From: a virus
Taxonomy: Duplodnaviria; Caudoviricetes
IMG/VR virus record: IMGVR_UViG_3300031820_000004
Coordinates: 1-56,082 of that record
Length of the DNA stretch: 56,082 nucleotides
Direction: 5' to 3' (one strand)
Shown here: positions 27,997 to 38,317 of the stretch, piece by piece
Position numbering within the stretch: the stretch's first letter is position 1
Layout: the number at the start of each line of letters is the position of its first letter
Translations under genes and position numbers: made by a program
Notes under the pieces: generated by a model
What the model saw: only the letters and a program-made list of their open reading frames with translations
Told to the model about the DNA's origin: nothing
Database searches by the model: none

Positions 27997-29223
27997 ATGT
28001 CATTCGTGGACGTTTTCAGTGGTGGAGTGATTCAGCCTGCTGAAATCTCTTATACCAACCTTACGCTCACATCGGCCACTACGCAACTGCAATGGCCTTC
28101 CTTAGCGCAAGACGGGGATAGTGTCCTAGCTCGCATAACGGAGATGTCTGCCAGTTCCGGGACTCCCGTGGTTAAGTTGCCGGATGCTACGTTGGTCTCC
28201 ACGGGGCAAGACACACTGTTGCGGAATACAGGTTCAATCACGATAGCTGTACAGAAGAATGACGGTAGCGCTCTGTTGAGTTTGGCTTCAGGCGAAGTTA
28301 AATATGCGTATTTGACGGATGCCTCCACAGCTGCGGGGTCTTGGACAGTGGTAGCTTTCGGGGCCAGCGTAGGCTCACTTGACGCTAGCCAATTAGCCGG
28401 GTTTGGGCTGAAGGCGATAGCCTCCACACTCAATACCGCGCATCCTGTGACAAGCACCACAGTTGGGTTCACGATTCAGAATAGTGACAGAGCTAGAGTA
28501 TACCAATTCACAGGGGGAGCAGTTACGCTAGCACTTCAGACGGCTTCAACCTACGGGGATAACTTTTTCTTTGGGTTAGCCAATACGGGATCCGGGGCCG
28601 TTACGCTAGATCCCGCAGGCACAGAGACGATAGACGGAGCCAGTACCATAGATATAAATCCGGGCGAATCGGCCTTTGTGGTCACTAACGGGTCCACTTG
28701 GATTACGGTAGGTCGCGGTAGAAGCGTTAACTTTAACTTCACGCAGTTGGTCAAGGATGTATCTGGAAGCTCCGATGTCACACTGACCACTACGGAAGCT
28801 GGGAATCCGGTATTTAAGTTTATCGGGACACTCACAGGCAACATAAACGTCATCGTGCCCAATGTTGTTGGTCTCTACATAGTTGACAATGAGACTAGCG
28901 GGGCATTCACGCTCACGCTTAAGACGGCTGCTGGGACTGGGGTATCTGTCCCACAAGCCAATAGAAATATTTTGTACAGTGACGGAACCAATGTCTTGAA
29001 CGCGGTCACTGTCTCTGTGAGTTTCACTAGTTTTTCGGATGGGTCCGCAGCAAGTCCTAGCATAACGTTCACGTCGGATACCAATACAGGATTCTACCGT
29101 GCTGCGGAAAATACCGTAGGAATTGCTGCGGGAGGTGTGTCTAGAATGACCATATCTGACACAGCCATAGTCAGTGATTTTCTGGACAGGAACGCCATAG
29201 CTTGGGCTATGGCTATGAGTTGA
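27997..29223 (+). CDS. Tail fibre/appendage protein
   Basis: T/S/G-rich repeated beta domains; DGSAASPSITFTSDTNTGFYR fibre motif. Confidence 0.7.
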   Translation: MSFVDVFSGGVIQPAEISYTNLTLTSATTQLQWPSLAQDGDSVLARITEMSASSGTPVVKLPDATLVSTGQDTLLRNTGSITIAVQKNDGSALLSLASGEVKYAYLTDASTAAGSWTVVAFGASVGSLDASQLAGFGLKAIASTLNTAHPVTSTTVGFTIQNSDRARVYQFTGGAVTLALQTASTYGDNFFFGLANTGSGAVTLDPAGTETIDGASTIDINPGESAFVVTNGSTWITVGRGRSVNFNFTQLVKDVSGSSDVTLTTTEAGNPVFKFIGTLTGNINVIVPNVVGLYIVDNETSGAFTLTLKTAAGTGVSVPQANRNILYSDGTNVLNAVTVSVSFTSFSDGSAASPSITFTSDTNTGFYRAAENTVGIAAGGVSRMTISDTAIVSDFLDRNAIAWAMAMS

Positions 29224-29226
29224 TCC

Positions 29227-30759
29227 ATGCCAGCCCCTCAACAGCCTAGAACCTACGTTCCTTCCAGGCTTACTACGCAGCCAGGCATACGGCGCGATGG
29301 GACTATTCTCGATTCCCAATTCTATTCCGACGGGGTATGGGTGCGTTTTCAACGCGGCAAGCCAAAGAAAATGTCGGGTTATCGCAGCATCACGACCCAC
29401 GCTACAGGACCTGTCAGAGGATTGCACGTATTTAGTAAGCAAATGCAAAACATAATTCATAGCTTCAGCCCTACTAAGGTTGAAGCTATGTTGGTCGACA
29501 GCAATGGCTTAGGCGCGGCTATATATGATCGTACTCCCGCAGGGTTTGTGGCTAATAGCGATTATTTGTGGCAGATGGACACGTTTTTCGATCAATCTGG
29601 CTCCAATAAAACGGTGATCGTGGCGCATCCGGGGCGTAACCTCAACAGTATAGATAACAATGTGGCTACGCCTGTCTACTATGGGGATGTGTCCGCGTCC
29701 ACGCAACTTACAGCTTTGGGGCAAAGTATAGACGGTGGAGTTTTGGCTATACAACCTTACTTGGTGCTTTATGGGTCTAATGGTGAGGTTAGGAACAGCA
29801 ACCGAAACAATTTGACAGACTTTACCAATGGGGATGCCAATGTGGCCAATGTGGTGTCCACCAAAATAGTTAAAGGGCTTCCTGTTCGAGGGGCCGGGCA
29901 ATCTCCCGCGGCTGTTCTGTGGTCGTTGGACCAGGTGATCGTCATGTCGTTTGTTGGGCCTCCCTTGATATTTCGATTTGATGTCAAGTCTGGTCAAAGT
30001 TCGGTTCTTAGTTCCGCAGGAATCATTGAATATGATGGGCTGTTTTTCTGGGCAGGGGTGGATAGATTCTTAATGTTCAACGGTACGGTTCAAGAAGTTC
30101 CGAACCAAATGAATACGAATTGGTTTTTTGACAACCTCAATTTTGATAATCGACAGAAAGTGTGGGCTACTAAGGTCCCTAGATATGGGGAAATTTGGTG
30201 GTTCTATCCCCGAGGTAGCGCTACAGAATGCAACGCAGCTGTCATTTACAACGTGCGAGAAGGTAGTTGGTATGACGCGGAACTGACTCGGAGTGCGGGA
30301 TATTTCAGCCAGGTGTTTCGCTTCCCTGTATGGGCGGATTCGTCTGCGGAAACGTCAGGATCCTACACCTTGTGGCAGCATGAGTTTGGTAGGGACAAAG
30401 TAAAGGCGAATGTGCAGACAGCTATTCTTAGCAGTTTTACCACTCACGACATAGGCATGCCTACTGGAGGTACCGTAGGTGAGATGGCGCAAGGGGAGGA
30501 CAGATGGTTGCGAATGGAGCGCATAGAGCCAGACTTCGTGCAGAGCGGCAGCATGAAGGTGTCGCTGATAACCAAGGAATATGCGGACGCCACTCAGGTA
30601 GTGGCCGCTAGTGCGGATTTCATGCCTGATACTGAGAAAATAGACTTCAGAGTTCAAGGGAGAGAGCTACGGTTGAAGTTCGAGAGTAACACTTTAGGTG
30701 GGAATTATGAGTTGGGTAGCGTTTTATTGGATGTAAGGTTGGGAGATGTTCGACAATAA
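29227..30759 (+). CDS. Tail nozzle / DNA stabilisation protein (P22 gp10-like beta-propeller)
   Basis: 510 aa; WVRFQRG.P.K, EIWWFYP and VIYN motifs; lies before the ejection genes. Confidence 0.65.
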   Translation: MPAPQQPRTYVPSRLTTQPGIRRDGTILDSQFYSDGVWVRFQRGKPKKMSGYRSITTHATGPVRGLHVFSKQMQNIIHSFSPTKVEAMLVDSNGLGAAIYDRTPAGFVANSDYLWQMDTFFDQSGSNKTVIVAHPGRNLNSIDNNVATPVYYGDVSASTQLTALGQSIDGGVLAIQPYLVLYGSNGEVRNSNRNNLTDFTNGDANVANVVSTKIVKGLPVRGAGQSPAAVLWSLDQVIVMSFVGPPLIFRFDVKSGQSSVLSSAGIIEYDGLFFWAGVDRFLMFNGTVQEVPNQMNTNWFFDNLNFDNRQKVWATKVPRYGEIWWFYPRGSATECNAAVIYNVREGSWYDAELTRSAGYFSQVFRFPVWADSSAETSGSYTLWQHEFGRDKVKANVQTAILSSFTTHDIGMPTGGTVGEMAQGEDRWLRMERIEPDFVQSGSMKVSLITKEYADATQVVAASADFMPDTEKIDFRVQGRELRLKFESNTLGGNYELGSVLLDVRLGDVRQ

Positions 30760-30784
30760 AGCACAGTGGAGACATGTTTAGTTC

Positions 30785-32128
30785 ATGGGTGCGTCAATAC
30801 TCGGCAATGCCCCGATTCCGACAGGGTTTAAGTCTTGGCAGGAGTGGGCTGCGAGTCTTGTGTTGTATCTCGAAAATCAGGGAGAGACTTTGACAGATGC
30901 ACTTGTAGCTTTCCATACAGACGACCAGACATTGGATACTACTGGGCGTTTGCGGGTTAGCCTGCCTGTGACAGCTTTCGAGTCTTCATTTGATTTAGAT
31001 GTTGGACCTTTGGTGTGGACAGACTTTACTTCAGGTACGGGGACAATCACATACAACACCACTAGAAGAATTGTCACCTTGGCCACTGGTGGAACCGCCT
31101 CTGGTGCTAGAGCTATGCGGCAGACCCGGCGCTACATAAGATTCCGTATAGGGAAGAGTACTAGGGCATCTTTTACTGGCGTTCCTGTAGCTTCGGGGAC
31201 TTTGTCGGGTGCGGCAAAGCTCAGGGTAGGAATGTACGATGATTCCGATGGCTACTATTTTCAAGTCAGTGCTGCGGGACCCGCCTTTGTAGTTAGGTCT
31301 AGCACTTCGGGGAGTTTGGTAGAGACTGTCATTCCTCAAGCTTCGTGGAATCTGGATCGACTGAATGGTTTCGGGGATAGCAGAGCCACTTTGGACACAT
31401 CCAAATCTCAGAGAATCGTCATAGAAGCTAATGGTCTCGGGGCTGAGAGAGTCCGTTTTGGGTTCTACATTGGCGAAGAAGTCGTTTTCGCCCATGAGCT
31501 TATGTTCTACAACACCGTTTCAGCTATACCCAATGTTGCTAGGGTTAGCCTGCCTATTAGGTGGGAGGCTATAAACGATTCCGCCACAGGGGCGAACGTT
31601 TCGATTTCTCAATACTCTAGCAACGTTATAACGGATTCTGACGGGACAGGAGAACAATATTACGTATCCTGTGCATCCACACAGACGACATCCGTAATAT
31701 GTGGCACTGCGTCCTTAATCCCTGTACTTAGTACGCGACTAAAAAGCACCTTCGGCGGAGCTACGGTGAGAGGCGAGGCTCACCCCTATAATTTAGAGAT
31801 TATGAACCTAAGTTCTAGTCCGGGATATTACGAGATTAGGCTGGATACAGCGTTAACGGGAGCCTCTTTCGCGAGTGTCGGGGCTAAGAGCATACTGGAG
31901 TATGATGTAGCGTCTACCGTCATGAGTGGAGGGGATATCTTACGTTGTGGTTACATACCTTCCCTAGCCGTTGGAGGTTTTATACTGGAAGCTCTGTTGG
32001 ATGATCTCAAGCCCGAATTGCTAGCCACTGTGTACCCCAGTAGCAGAACAATTCTGACTCTAGGCGTGCAAGGCATATCCGGTAATGTGCAAGTCAACGC
32101 GACCATGAACTTCCGGGAGTTTTATTAA
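30785..32128 (+). CDS. Structural protein with a lectin-like beta domain
   Basis: GRLRVS, QASWNLDRLNG and VRFGF motifs; beta-rich. Confidence 0.55.
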   Translation: MGASILGNAPIPTGFKSWQEWAASLVLYLENQGETLTDALVAFHTDDQTLDTTGRLRVSLPVTAFESSFDLDVGPLVWTDFTSGTGTITYNTTRRIVTLATGGTASGARAMRQTRRYIRFRIGKSTRASFTGVPVASGTLSGAAKLRVGMYDDSDGYYFQVSAAGPAFVVRSSTSGSLVETVIPQASWNLDRLNGFGDSRATLDTSKSQRIVIEANGLGAERVRFGFYIGEEVVFAHELMFYNTVSAIPNVARVSLPIRWEAINDSATGANVSISQYSSNVITDSDGTGEQYYVSCASTQTTSVICGTASLIPVLSTRLKSTFGGATVRGEAHPYNLEIMNLSSSPGYYEIRLDTALTGASFASVGAKSILEYDVASTVMSGGDILRCGYIPSLAVGGFILEALLDDLKPELLATVYPSSRTILTLGVQGISGNVQVNATMNFREFY

Positions 32129-32899
32129 ATGTTTATCCCGGAGAATTATTCGGTCGCCCTCAACATGAACCGACTCACAGGTCGGAAGAGTGTAACCGCT
32201 TTCGGTACAGTTACCAGCCTTCAAATCGCTAACACTCCTTGTGGTATTTGGGAGCCAAAGATACCCTTTATATGGGATGCCTCTCCCGTATCACTAGAGG
32301 TTGTATCGAGTAGCGCGGCAGATTCCGCAGCTGGGGCAGGGGCTAGGACTTTGCTGCTGACCACTTTGGATGGGAGTTATAACGAGGCCTTTAACTTCAT
32401 TGCCTTGAATGGCGTAACGCCTGTGGCAGTACCGGGGACTCATCTGCGGTGCAATAACGGTATAGTCACCGAGGTAGGAACCGCTTTTGGGTCTAACATA
32501 GGCAACATCACTATACGTGTTGCTGGTGGAGGCACTACGAGGGATTTTATCACGGCTGGGAGAGGTGTAACACAGAGCGGGAAATATACCGTCCCAGCAG
32601 GGAATACGATAACGATAAATAACTTCTACTTAGTGTCCGCCAGGACAGGAGGCGCCACCTATTCGGTGGAATTTGTACCGCGCATAAGATTTAACACAGC
32701 ACCGTTTGTGAACGGGCCGGCGTTTGACGGATTGCGTCAATATTTTTCCCAAGGAAACGCGCCTATCGTGGTTCCTATCGGGTTCGCATTGCCCGAAAAA
32801 ACTGATGCGTATTATGATATAAATAGCATCAGCAATAATGACGTCAACTTCGGGATAGGTTTTACCGGGGTTTTGGTAAATAACTCTACTGGACTATAG
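32129..32899 (+). CDS. Structural beta-sandwich protein
   Basis: VVSSSAAD...GARTL, LNGVTPV and YTVPAG motifs. Confidence 0.55.
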   Translation: MFIPENYSVALNMNRLTGRKSVTAFGTVTSLQIANTPCGIWEPKIPFIWDASPVSLEVVSSSAADSAAGAGARTLLLTTLDGSYNEAFNFIALNGVTPVAVPGTHLRCNNGIVTEVGTAFGSNIGNITIRVAGGGTTRDFITAGRGVTQSGKYTVPAGNTITINNFYLVSARTGGATYSVEFVPRIRFNTAPFVNGPAFDGLRQYFSQGNAPIVVPIGFALPEKTDAYYDINSISNNDVNFGIGFTGVLVNNSTGL

Positions 32900-32903
32900 A
32901 ACC

Positions 32904-33917
32904 ATGGCTAGCGACGACTACACTTACGGCAGCGATATAGGCGGAGACCAAGCTGTGGACTGGTCTCAGTATGGACAACCTCAGGAAGAATATTATGAGT
33001 ACTCTCCAGGCATGGAGAACTATGCCCCCGCAGCATCACAAGAATACACGGAAGAGGAACTGCAACCGCTGTACAACTATTTAGGCGCTCAGGAGCAATT
33101 CAACCCTGATGAAGTGCTGGCTCAACGCGGGGCGTATAGCGCGCCTAATGAACCAGGAGCTTTAGCGGCGCTAGGCAGAATATTTAGCGGTGGAGGTTCT
33201 CTAGCCGACATTAAGTCACTTATCCCCTTAGCCTCATCTCTGGGGACGATGTATGGGGACTACCGACAGACTCAAGCTATGCAGGATAGGCTTAGAGGGC
33301 TTCAGGCACAACAGGCTGCTAGAGCGGCTAGATTCCACGCTCCTTTGCAACACCTAAAAATGAATAGACAGCTGGCGGTGCCAAATGTGGATTGGGCGCA
33401 TGCGGGAGAGTCTCCCGGAGGACTTCAGTTTTACCAGGGCTCTGGCTATTCTCCCATGGCCGAAGGAGGTGCTGTGCAGGAGCCCTGGTATAAGCGGGTT
33501 TTCGAGTCCGCTAAAGCTAAACCTGCTCCCTCTGCTTTGGGGAGCGGAATGGCGTCCATGGCGGGGCAGGCTACACTTGATAGGGCTTACCAGAACTATT
33601 TGAACCTCAAAGCGGCAAGTGAGGAAACTCCCCTCCCGTACGATCAATGGAGAAATCTGCGAGGCATGGCATCGGGAGGATGCTACATGGTGGGCGGGCA
33701 AGGTGGCGGGCAAGATGATGATGTGGACGCAAGATTGTCTAGTGGAGAGTATGTTTGGGATGCGGATACGGTTTCTGCTCTTGGAGATGGCAATAACGCT
33801 GCGGGGGCGAAAAAGCTGGATGAATTGCGTCAGAGGCTTCGAGAGCATAAGCGCAGTGCCCCGGCTAGTAAAATTCCTCCAAAAGCTAAGAGCCCTGAGA
33901 AATATTTGAAAAAGTGA
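32904..33917 (+). CDS. Internal virion/ejection protein
   Basis: GGGQDDDVDARLSSGEYVWDADTVSALGDG motif; MAEGG and MASGG. Confidence 0.65.
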   Translation: MASDDYTYGSDIGGDQAVDWSQYGQPQEEYYEYSPGMENYAPAASQEYTEEELQPLYNYLGAQEQFNPDEVLAQRGAYSAPNEPGALAALGRIFSGGGSLADIKSLIPLASSLGTMYGDYRQTQAMQDRLRGLQAQQAARAARFHAPLQHLKMNRQLAVPNVDWAHAGESPGGLQFYQGSGYSPMAEGGAVQEPWYKRVFESAKAKPAPSALGSGMASMAGQATLDRAYQNYLNLKAASEETPLPYDQWRNLRGMASGGCYMVGGQGGGQDDDVDARLSSGEYVWDADTVSALGDGNNAAGAKKLDELRQRLREHKRSAPASKIPPKAKSPEKYLKK

Positions 33918-33925
33918 GTGTCTAA

Positions 33926-34786
33926 ATGGGATTCTTCGAATCGGATTTGACAGGAGGGGAAGGCTTCTCGTCCACTACGCCAGAGATGGCTTCTTGGTAT
34001 GATGAGGCTCTTAGGAATCTGACAGCAGGAGGTTTCGCCGCAGCTAATCAGCCCTATCAAGTCTACCCTGGTCAGGCCATAGCGGGATTCACCCCTCAGC
34101 AGCAACAAGCATTTGATCTCACAGGAGCTCAGGTAGGGGCCTGGAAACCCCAGCTGACTCAGGCGGGAGCTCTGACTCAGCAATCCGCGCAGTATGACCC
34201 TGAGATGCTACAACGGTTTTTGTCTCCATACACTAAAGGTGTAGTGGATGAACTTGGGCGTCTTGGGCAGAGGAATTTTCAAGAAAATCTACTGCCCCAA
34301 ACCTTGGCTTCGTTCACAGGGGGCGGGCAATTCGGGTCTATGCGTTCTCAAGACGCAGCCATGCGCGCAGCGAGGGACACGCAAGCTGACATTTTGGGAC
34401 GACAGCAGGGCGCATTGCAGCAGGCGTATCAACAAGCTGGGCAAAACTACGGGGATTGGGCTAACCGAGGGCTGTCCGCAGGGGCACAGCTGGGCAACGT
34501 GTCGCAGCTCGGGCAGACCATGGGACTCCGAGATATTTCAGCACTCCAAGCCGCAGGACAGGCGCAACAAGCGCAACAACAGAATAATCTGAATTATGCA
34601 CAACAACAGTTCCAGCAAGAACAACAATACCCATGGCAACAGCTAAGTAATTTATCCAATATCGTAAGAGGCTTACCCGCAGGGCAGTTAACAGGTTCCG
34701 CAGGCACTGTTACTAATCCTAATGCCGTACCCACTCCATTTTCTCAGATACTCGGAGGACTTACCCAAGTGGGAGGGTTGCTATGA
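33926..34786 (+). CDS. Internal virion/DNA ejection protein
   Basis: Q/A/G-rich helical protein; YPWQQL motif. Confidence 0.65.
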   Translation: MGFFESDLTGGEGFSSTTPEMASWYDEALRNLTAGGFAAANQPYQVYPGQAIAGFTPQQQQAFDLTGAQVGAWKPQLTQAGALTQQSAQYDPEMLQRFLSPYTKGVVDELGRLGQRNFQENLLPQTLASFTGGGQFGSMRSQDAAMRAARDTQADILGRQQGALQQAYQQAGQNYGDWANRGLSAGAQLGNVSQLGQTMGLRDISALQAAGQAQQAQQQNNLNYAQQQFQQEQQYPWQQLSNLSNIVRGLPAGQLTGSAGTVTNPNAVPTPFSQILGGLTQVGGLL

Positions 34787-36279
34787 ACGATGATTTCGAA
34801 GTCGATCCTGGACCGCTCACTTCCGTGGCATCAGTTTCGGGGTCGCAGCCTCAAGCGGGGGCGTTGTCTCAGGTCGCGCCAAATTCAGCTAATGAATTAC
34901 GTGGAGGCATATCTCGCTTGAAGGCTATGACTGAGATGAAGCGCCAATTGGCTGAAGCGCAAGCTCGTCAACGGGCTGCTGCGGAATTGGCTGCGCAATC
35001 TTATGAGGCACCTATAAACATGGGAGGCGTAGACCCTGCACTTATGGCGCTAGGCAGAGGGATAGCTTCGGGGGTCATTCCTGGACAAGGATTAGCTAGA
35101 GGGCTTCAAGGATTCGCTGAAGCAAAACAGAAACTCGCTGAGCAAGAATGGTCGAGAAAAGCCGCTGCTCAGCAGCTCAGAGCGCAAGCCGAGACAGACA
35201 TTGCGCACGAAGATATTCAGTCCGCACGAGGACAGTTGACTAACCGAGCTGCCCTCAAACCGGTTTACAAAGTAGTAGGGGATCGGTTGATGGAGTTTAC
35301 GACGGACCCGTATACAGGCGAGACTCAGCAACGTGATGTGGGTCCTGCGAGCACGAGTAGTGAGGCTGTGACGGATAGGAATTTATTCGCGTTGGCCACA
35401 AAAGAAGGTCAGAAAACAGGGATTACCGATCCCGATGAACTAAACGCGTACGTTAATAAGCGCTTTCAAGAAATGAAGACAGGCGTTAAGGGGTCTATGG
35501 GCGCGGCTCCCGTGGGGAACCTCCCGCAACAACCAGGAGGACCTACCCCAGCTGAACTGTCAGCTCCTTCCACGGCTAAGCAGGTAATACTACGTACTCC
35601 TGAAGCTCAGGCGGGAAAGACGGAAGAATCCAAAGAGAAAGTTAAGCTGTCCATGGATGAGTATAAGAAGGCTGTGGACTCGGCAGGTAACGCGAATGAC
35701 GCGGCATTAACCGCCGGAACGGCTCTACAGCTTATGGATAGCGACTCCTGGAGGAAGAATCTTACTGGACCTTTGGCGGAACGAGGGCAACAAATCAGGG
35801 GAAGCTTAGTAGAACTGGGTGTAATCCCTCCAGGTTCCACTATAGGAAAAAATGCACGAAATGTCGCGGAACTTCAGGGCTTGCTCGAAACGCTGTCCAT
35901 AGAAAAAGTTAAGGGCTTTAAGGGGGCCACATCTGATCGAGAATTGGATGCGGTTAGGCGATCAGTAGGCGGTATACACGACCCGGAAGAGAAGTTGCGT
36001 TTTAACTTACAACTCATACCTATCGTTGCTCAGCGTGCCAACGAGAGAATACATTTTGCGGATCAATACGAGCAGCAACACGGGAGTAAAGCAGGTTGGG
36101 AGTCGGCCTGGAACAAATACATTGCGCAGAATCCGGCTTTCTTGTTGGTAGACAATAAGCCTGTGGCATTCAACGATTACAAAGCCAGCTTCGCTAAGAA
36201 ATACCCGCAAGCCTCACCGGATCAAGTAGAGAAAGCTTGGCAGAATGAGGCCAAGAAGCGAGGTTTCTATGGCAAATAA
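34783..36279 (+). CDS. DNA ejection protein (P22 gp20-like position)
   Basis: Helical 498 aa; GATSDRE motif. Confidence 0.6.
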   Translation: MNDDFEVDPGPLTSVASVSGSQPQAGALSQVAPNSANELRGGISRLKAMTEMKRQLAEAQARQRAAAELAAQSYEAPINMGGVDPALMALGRGIASGVIPGQGLARGLQGFAEAKQKLAEQEWSRKAAAQQLRAQAETDIAHEDIQSARGQLTNRAALKPVYKVVGDRLMEFTTDPYTGETQQRDVGPASTSSEAVTDRNLFALATKEGQKTGITDPDELNAYVNKRFQEMKTGVKGSMGAAPVGNLPQQPGGPTPAELSAPSTAKQVILRTPEAQAGKTEESKEKVKLSMDEYKKAVDSAGNANDAALTAGTALQLMDSDSWRKNLTGPLAERGQQIRGSLVELGVIPPGSTIGKNARNVAELQGLLETLSIEKVKGFKGATSDRELDAVRRSVGGIHDPEEKLRFNLQLIPIVAQRANERIHFADQYEQQHGSKAGWESAWNKYIAQNPAFLLVDNKPVAFNDYKASFAKKYPQASPDQVEKAWQNEAKKRGFYGK

Positions 36280-37930
36280 CGAGTTAAGTCTTGGTCTTGA
36301 GGAAGTTACGCCTCAAGAAGAATATACAGGCCCCTCCCTGAGCTTAGAAGAAGTTGCTCCCCCAAGACTAAAGAGTAAGCCCGCAGTAGCGCTTACATCC
36401 GATTCTGACATGACTACTACGCAGAAAACCTTAGCGGGCGCCGGTGGAGAATTAATGCAGTACGGGCGTGGTGCGCAGTTGGCGTTGCGACGATTAGGTG
36501 CGCTAGTTGGAGTACCTGTGGATCCTGCGGAGACTGCGCGAATAACTGAGGAAGCCAAAGAAGAGAAGGCCGCTAGTGACGCACTATCAAGAGAATCCCT
36601 AGCGGCGAAGCTGGGGACATTTATTCCAGGATTGGCGGCACCTGCCCTGCGTACAGCCAAAGGGGCTGCAATTTTATGGGGAGGCTTAGAGGCGCTTAAG
36701 GACCCAGGAGACCTGTCCGAGAGGGCACTCTCGGGAGCCAGTGGAGCTTTTGGTGGAGCATTGGGGCATAAGTTAGGGACTATGGCATCTAAAGGAGTAG
36801 GTGCGTTATTGGGGAAAGCTGAAAACAAGGACGTGAAATCCACTGTGGACTTCGCAAAAAAAGAAGGCGTGAATCTGACGGCTGGAGATTTAGGCAATAG
36901 AGTCCTACGAACAGCGGAGAATATCGCGCAAGAATCTCCCATTAGTGGAAGGTCGGCGGCTTTGGAGCGTCAGGCGAAGCAGTTGGATGACATGTTGTTC
37001 CCGCAGGGTGAGAACAAGATCGTGTCAGGCATAAAGAAAGTCGATGATGCCATGACACAGGCCAACAAGGAATTGTGGGAACCTGTATATAAGGAGTCAG
37101 CTAAGAGTGGGGTCAAAGTAATTCCTAAGAATTTACAAACACAACTTAGGGATACTGTAGACAAGTATCCCGATTTGCTTAATAAGATTCCCAACGTACA
37201 AACTAGAGCTAAACTAGATAACTTAATCTCGTCTCCGAAAGGTTTGACCCCAAAGCTTTCATTCGAGGATACCCGAGAATTGCAGCAAGCTTTGGGATTC
37301 CTAACTAAAGACTTCGATAGGCAAGTCACTATGGGGAACCTTCCCAAGGATTACTCCAATTCGCTCAAGAAAATATACGGGTCTATTCATAGGGATATTG
37401 ACAATTGGGGGGCTAACCCCGCAGCAGCTAAGGCGTATGACGCTTATCGAGAAGCTAATAACTTGTATAAGTCAGCGCACCTCCCCTGGCTTGAAAACGA
37501 TTTCGTTCAAAAGGCTAAGAAGGGTGTCTACGAGGAAAACAAGGAAACGTTTCTGAGTGATGTCCTTTCTCCCAAGAATAGACAAGCTTTGGAAAAACTC
37601 ACCAGCTATTTAGAAATGACTCCCTCAGGGAAGACTGTAACCGAGGGAGAACGTGCGGCGAAGATGTTAAAAACGACTAAATTAAGCGACCGCGCAGCCA
37701 AGCTTCTCTATCAGACAGGCAGAGAGCCAGGTAAGGAATTGTTACATTCCATAGGAGCTACAGGGGTACACGCTTTCACAGGACCACTTAGTGCGATTAG
37801 CGCTTCCCCCCTTATGCGTCGTGCTCAGATGGCCCCTGGGGATTTACCTTTGTTTCAGAGATTCGCCGCCCCAGTAGCCACAGAAAGCAACGACGTATTT
37901 TCGCAATATCTCCGGGGATCGAGCGAATGA
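36269..37930 (+). CDS. DNA ejection protein (P22 gp16-like position)
   Basis: Likely start MANNEL; Gly/Ala membrane-like stretch followed by a helical body. Confidence 0.6.
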   Translation: MANNELSLGLEEVTPQEEYTGPSLSLEEVAPPRLKSKPAVALTSDSDMTTTQKTLAGAGGELMQYGRGAQLALRRLGALVGVPVDPAETARITEEAKEEKAASDALSRESLAAKLGTFIPGLAAPALRTAKGAAILWGGLEALKDPGDLSERALSGASGAFGGALGHKLGTMASKGVGALLGKAENKDVKSTVDFAKKEGVNLTAGDLGNRVLRTAENIAQESPISGRSAALERQAKQLDDMLFPQGENKIVSGIKKVDDAMTQANKELWEPVYKESAKSGVKVIPKNLQTQLRDTVDKYPDLLNKIPNVQTRAKLDNLISSPKGLTPKLSFEDTRELQQALGFLTKDFDRQVTMGNLPKDYSNSLKKIYGSIHRDIDNWGANPAAAKAYDAYREANNLYKSAHLPWLENDFVQKAKKGVYEENKETFLSDVLSPKNRQALEKLTSYLEMTPSGKTVTEGERAAKMLKTTKLSDRAAKLLYQTGREPGKELLHSIGATGVHAFTGPLSAISASPLMRRAQMAPGDLPLFQRFAAPVATESNDVFSQYLRGSSE

Positions 37931-38045
37931 ATATCTTGAATTCGTCAACAAGGTCTGTTATGACGGATAAGATGATCATAACCAGAGATAAGCTTAGCCC
38001 TAGAACCATGTATGCAACAAATGACCAGAGGATAAATTCTAACAT
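37812..38045 (-). CDS. Small membrane protein antisense to the late operon
   Basis: Hydrophobic N-terminal ~28 aa; AAGGA upstream. Confidence 0.4.
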   Translation of the reverse strand: MLEFILWSFVAYMVLGLSLSLVMIILSVITDLVDEFKIFIRSIPGDIAKIRRCFLWLLGRRISETKVNPQGPSEHDA

Positions 38046-38057
38046 TTTAAGTTGTCC

Positions 38058-38258
38058 TTATTGGAAACAGCCGATAAATTCGGCATTTAAAGGAAGGCTG
38101 TATCTAGCTGCCATACAGTTTATTTGCGTGTCAAAAGGCCCGACGGATCGATTTACGGAACCTCCAGACACTCGATATACAAGGAACCACGAATCTAAGA
38201 ATCCTGCATTCACAGATAGTGAAGTAGTCAAAATAAGTAGGAACAGTATTCGTTTCAT
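38058..38258 (-). CDS. Small exported protein (superinfection-exclusion candidate)
   Basis: AGGAGG RBS; signal peptide MKRILFLLILTTSLSVNA; two Cys. Confidence 0.65.
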   Translation of the reverse strand: MKRILFLLILTTSLSVNAGFLDSWFLVYRVSGGSVNRSVGPFDTQINCMAARYSLPLNAEFIGCFQ

Positions 38259-38317
38259 TTCAAGCCTCCTGTTAAGAATGAACTCGCTGAAAGAACTATA
38301 CCCTGGAGGACTTCCTC

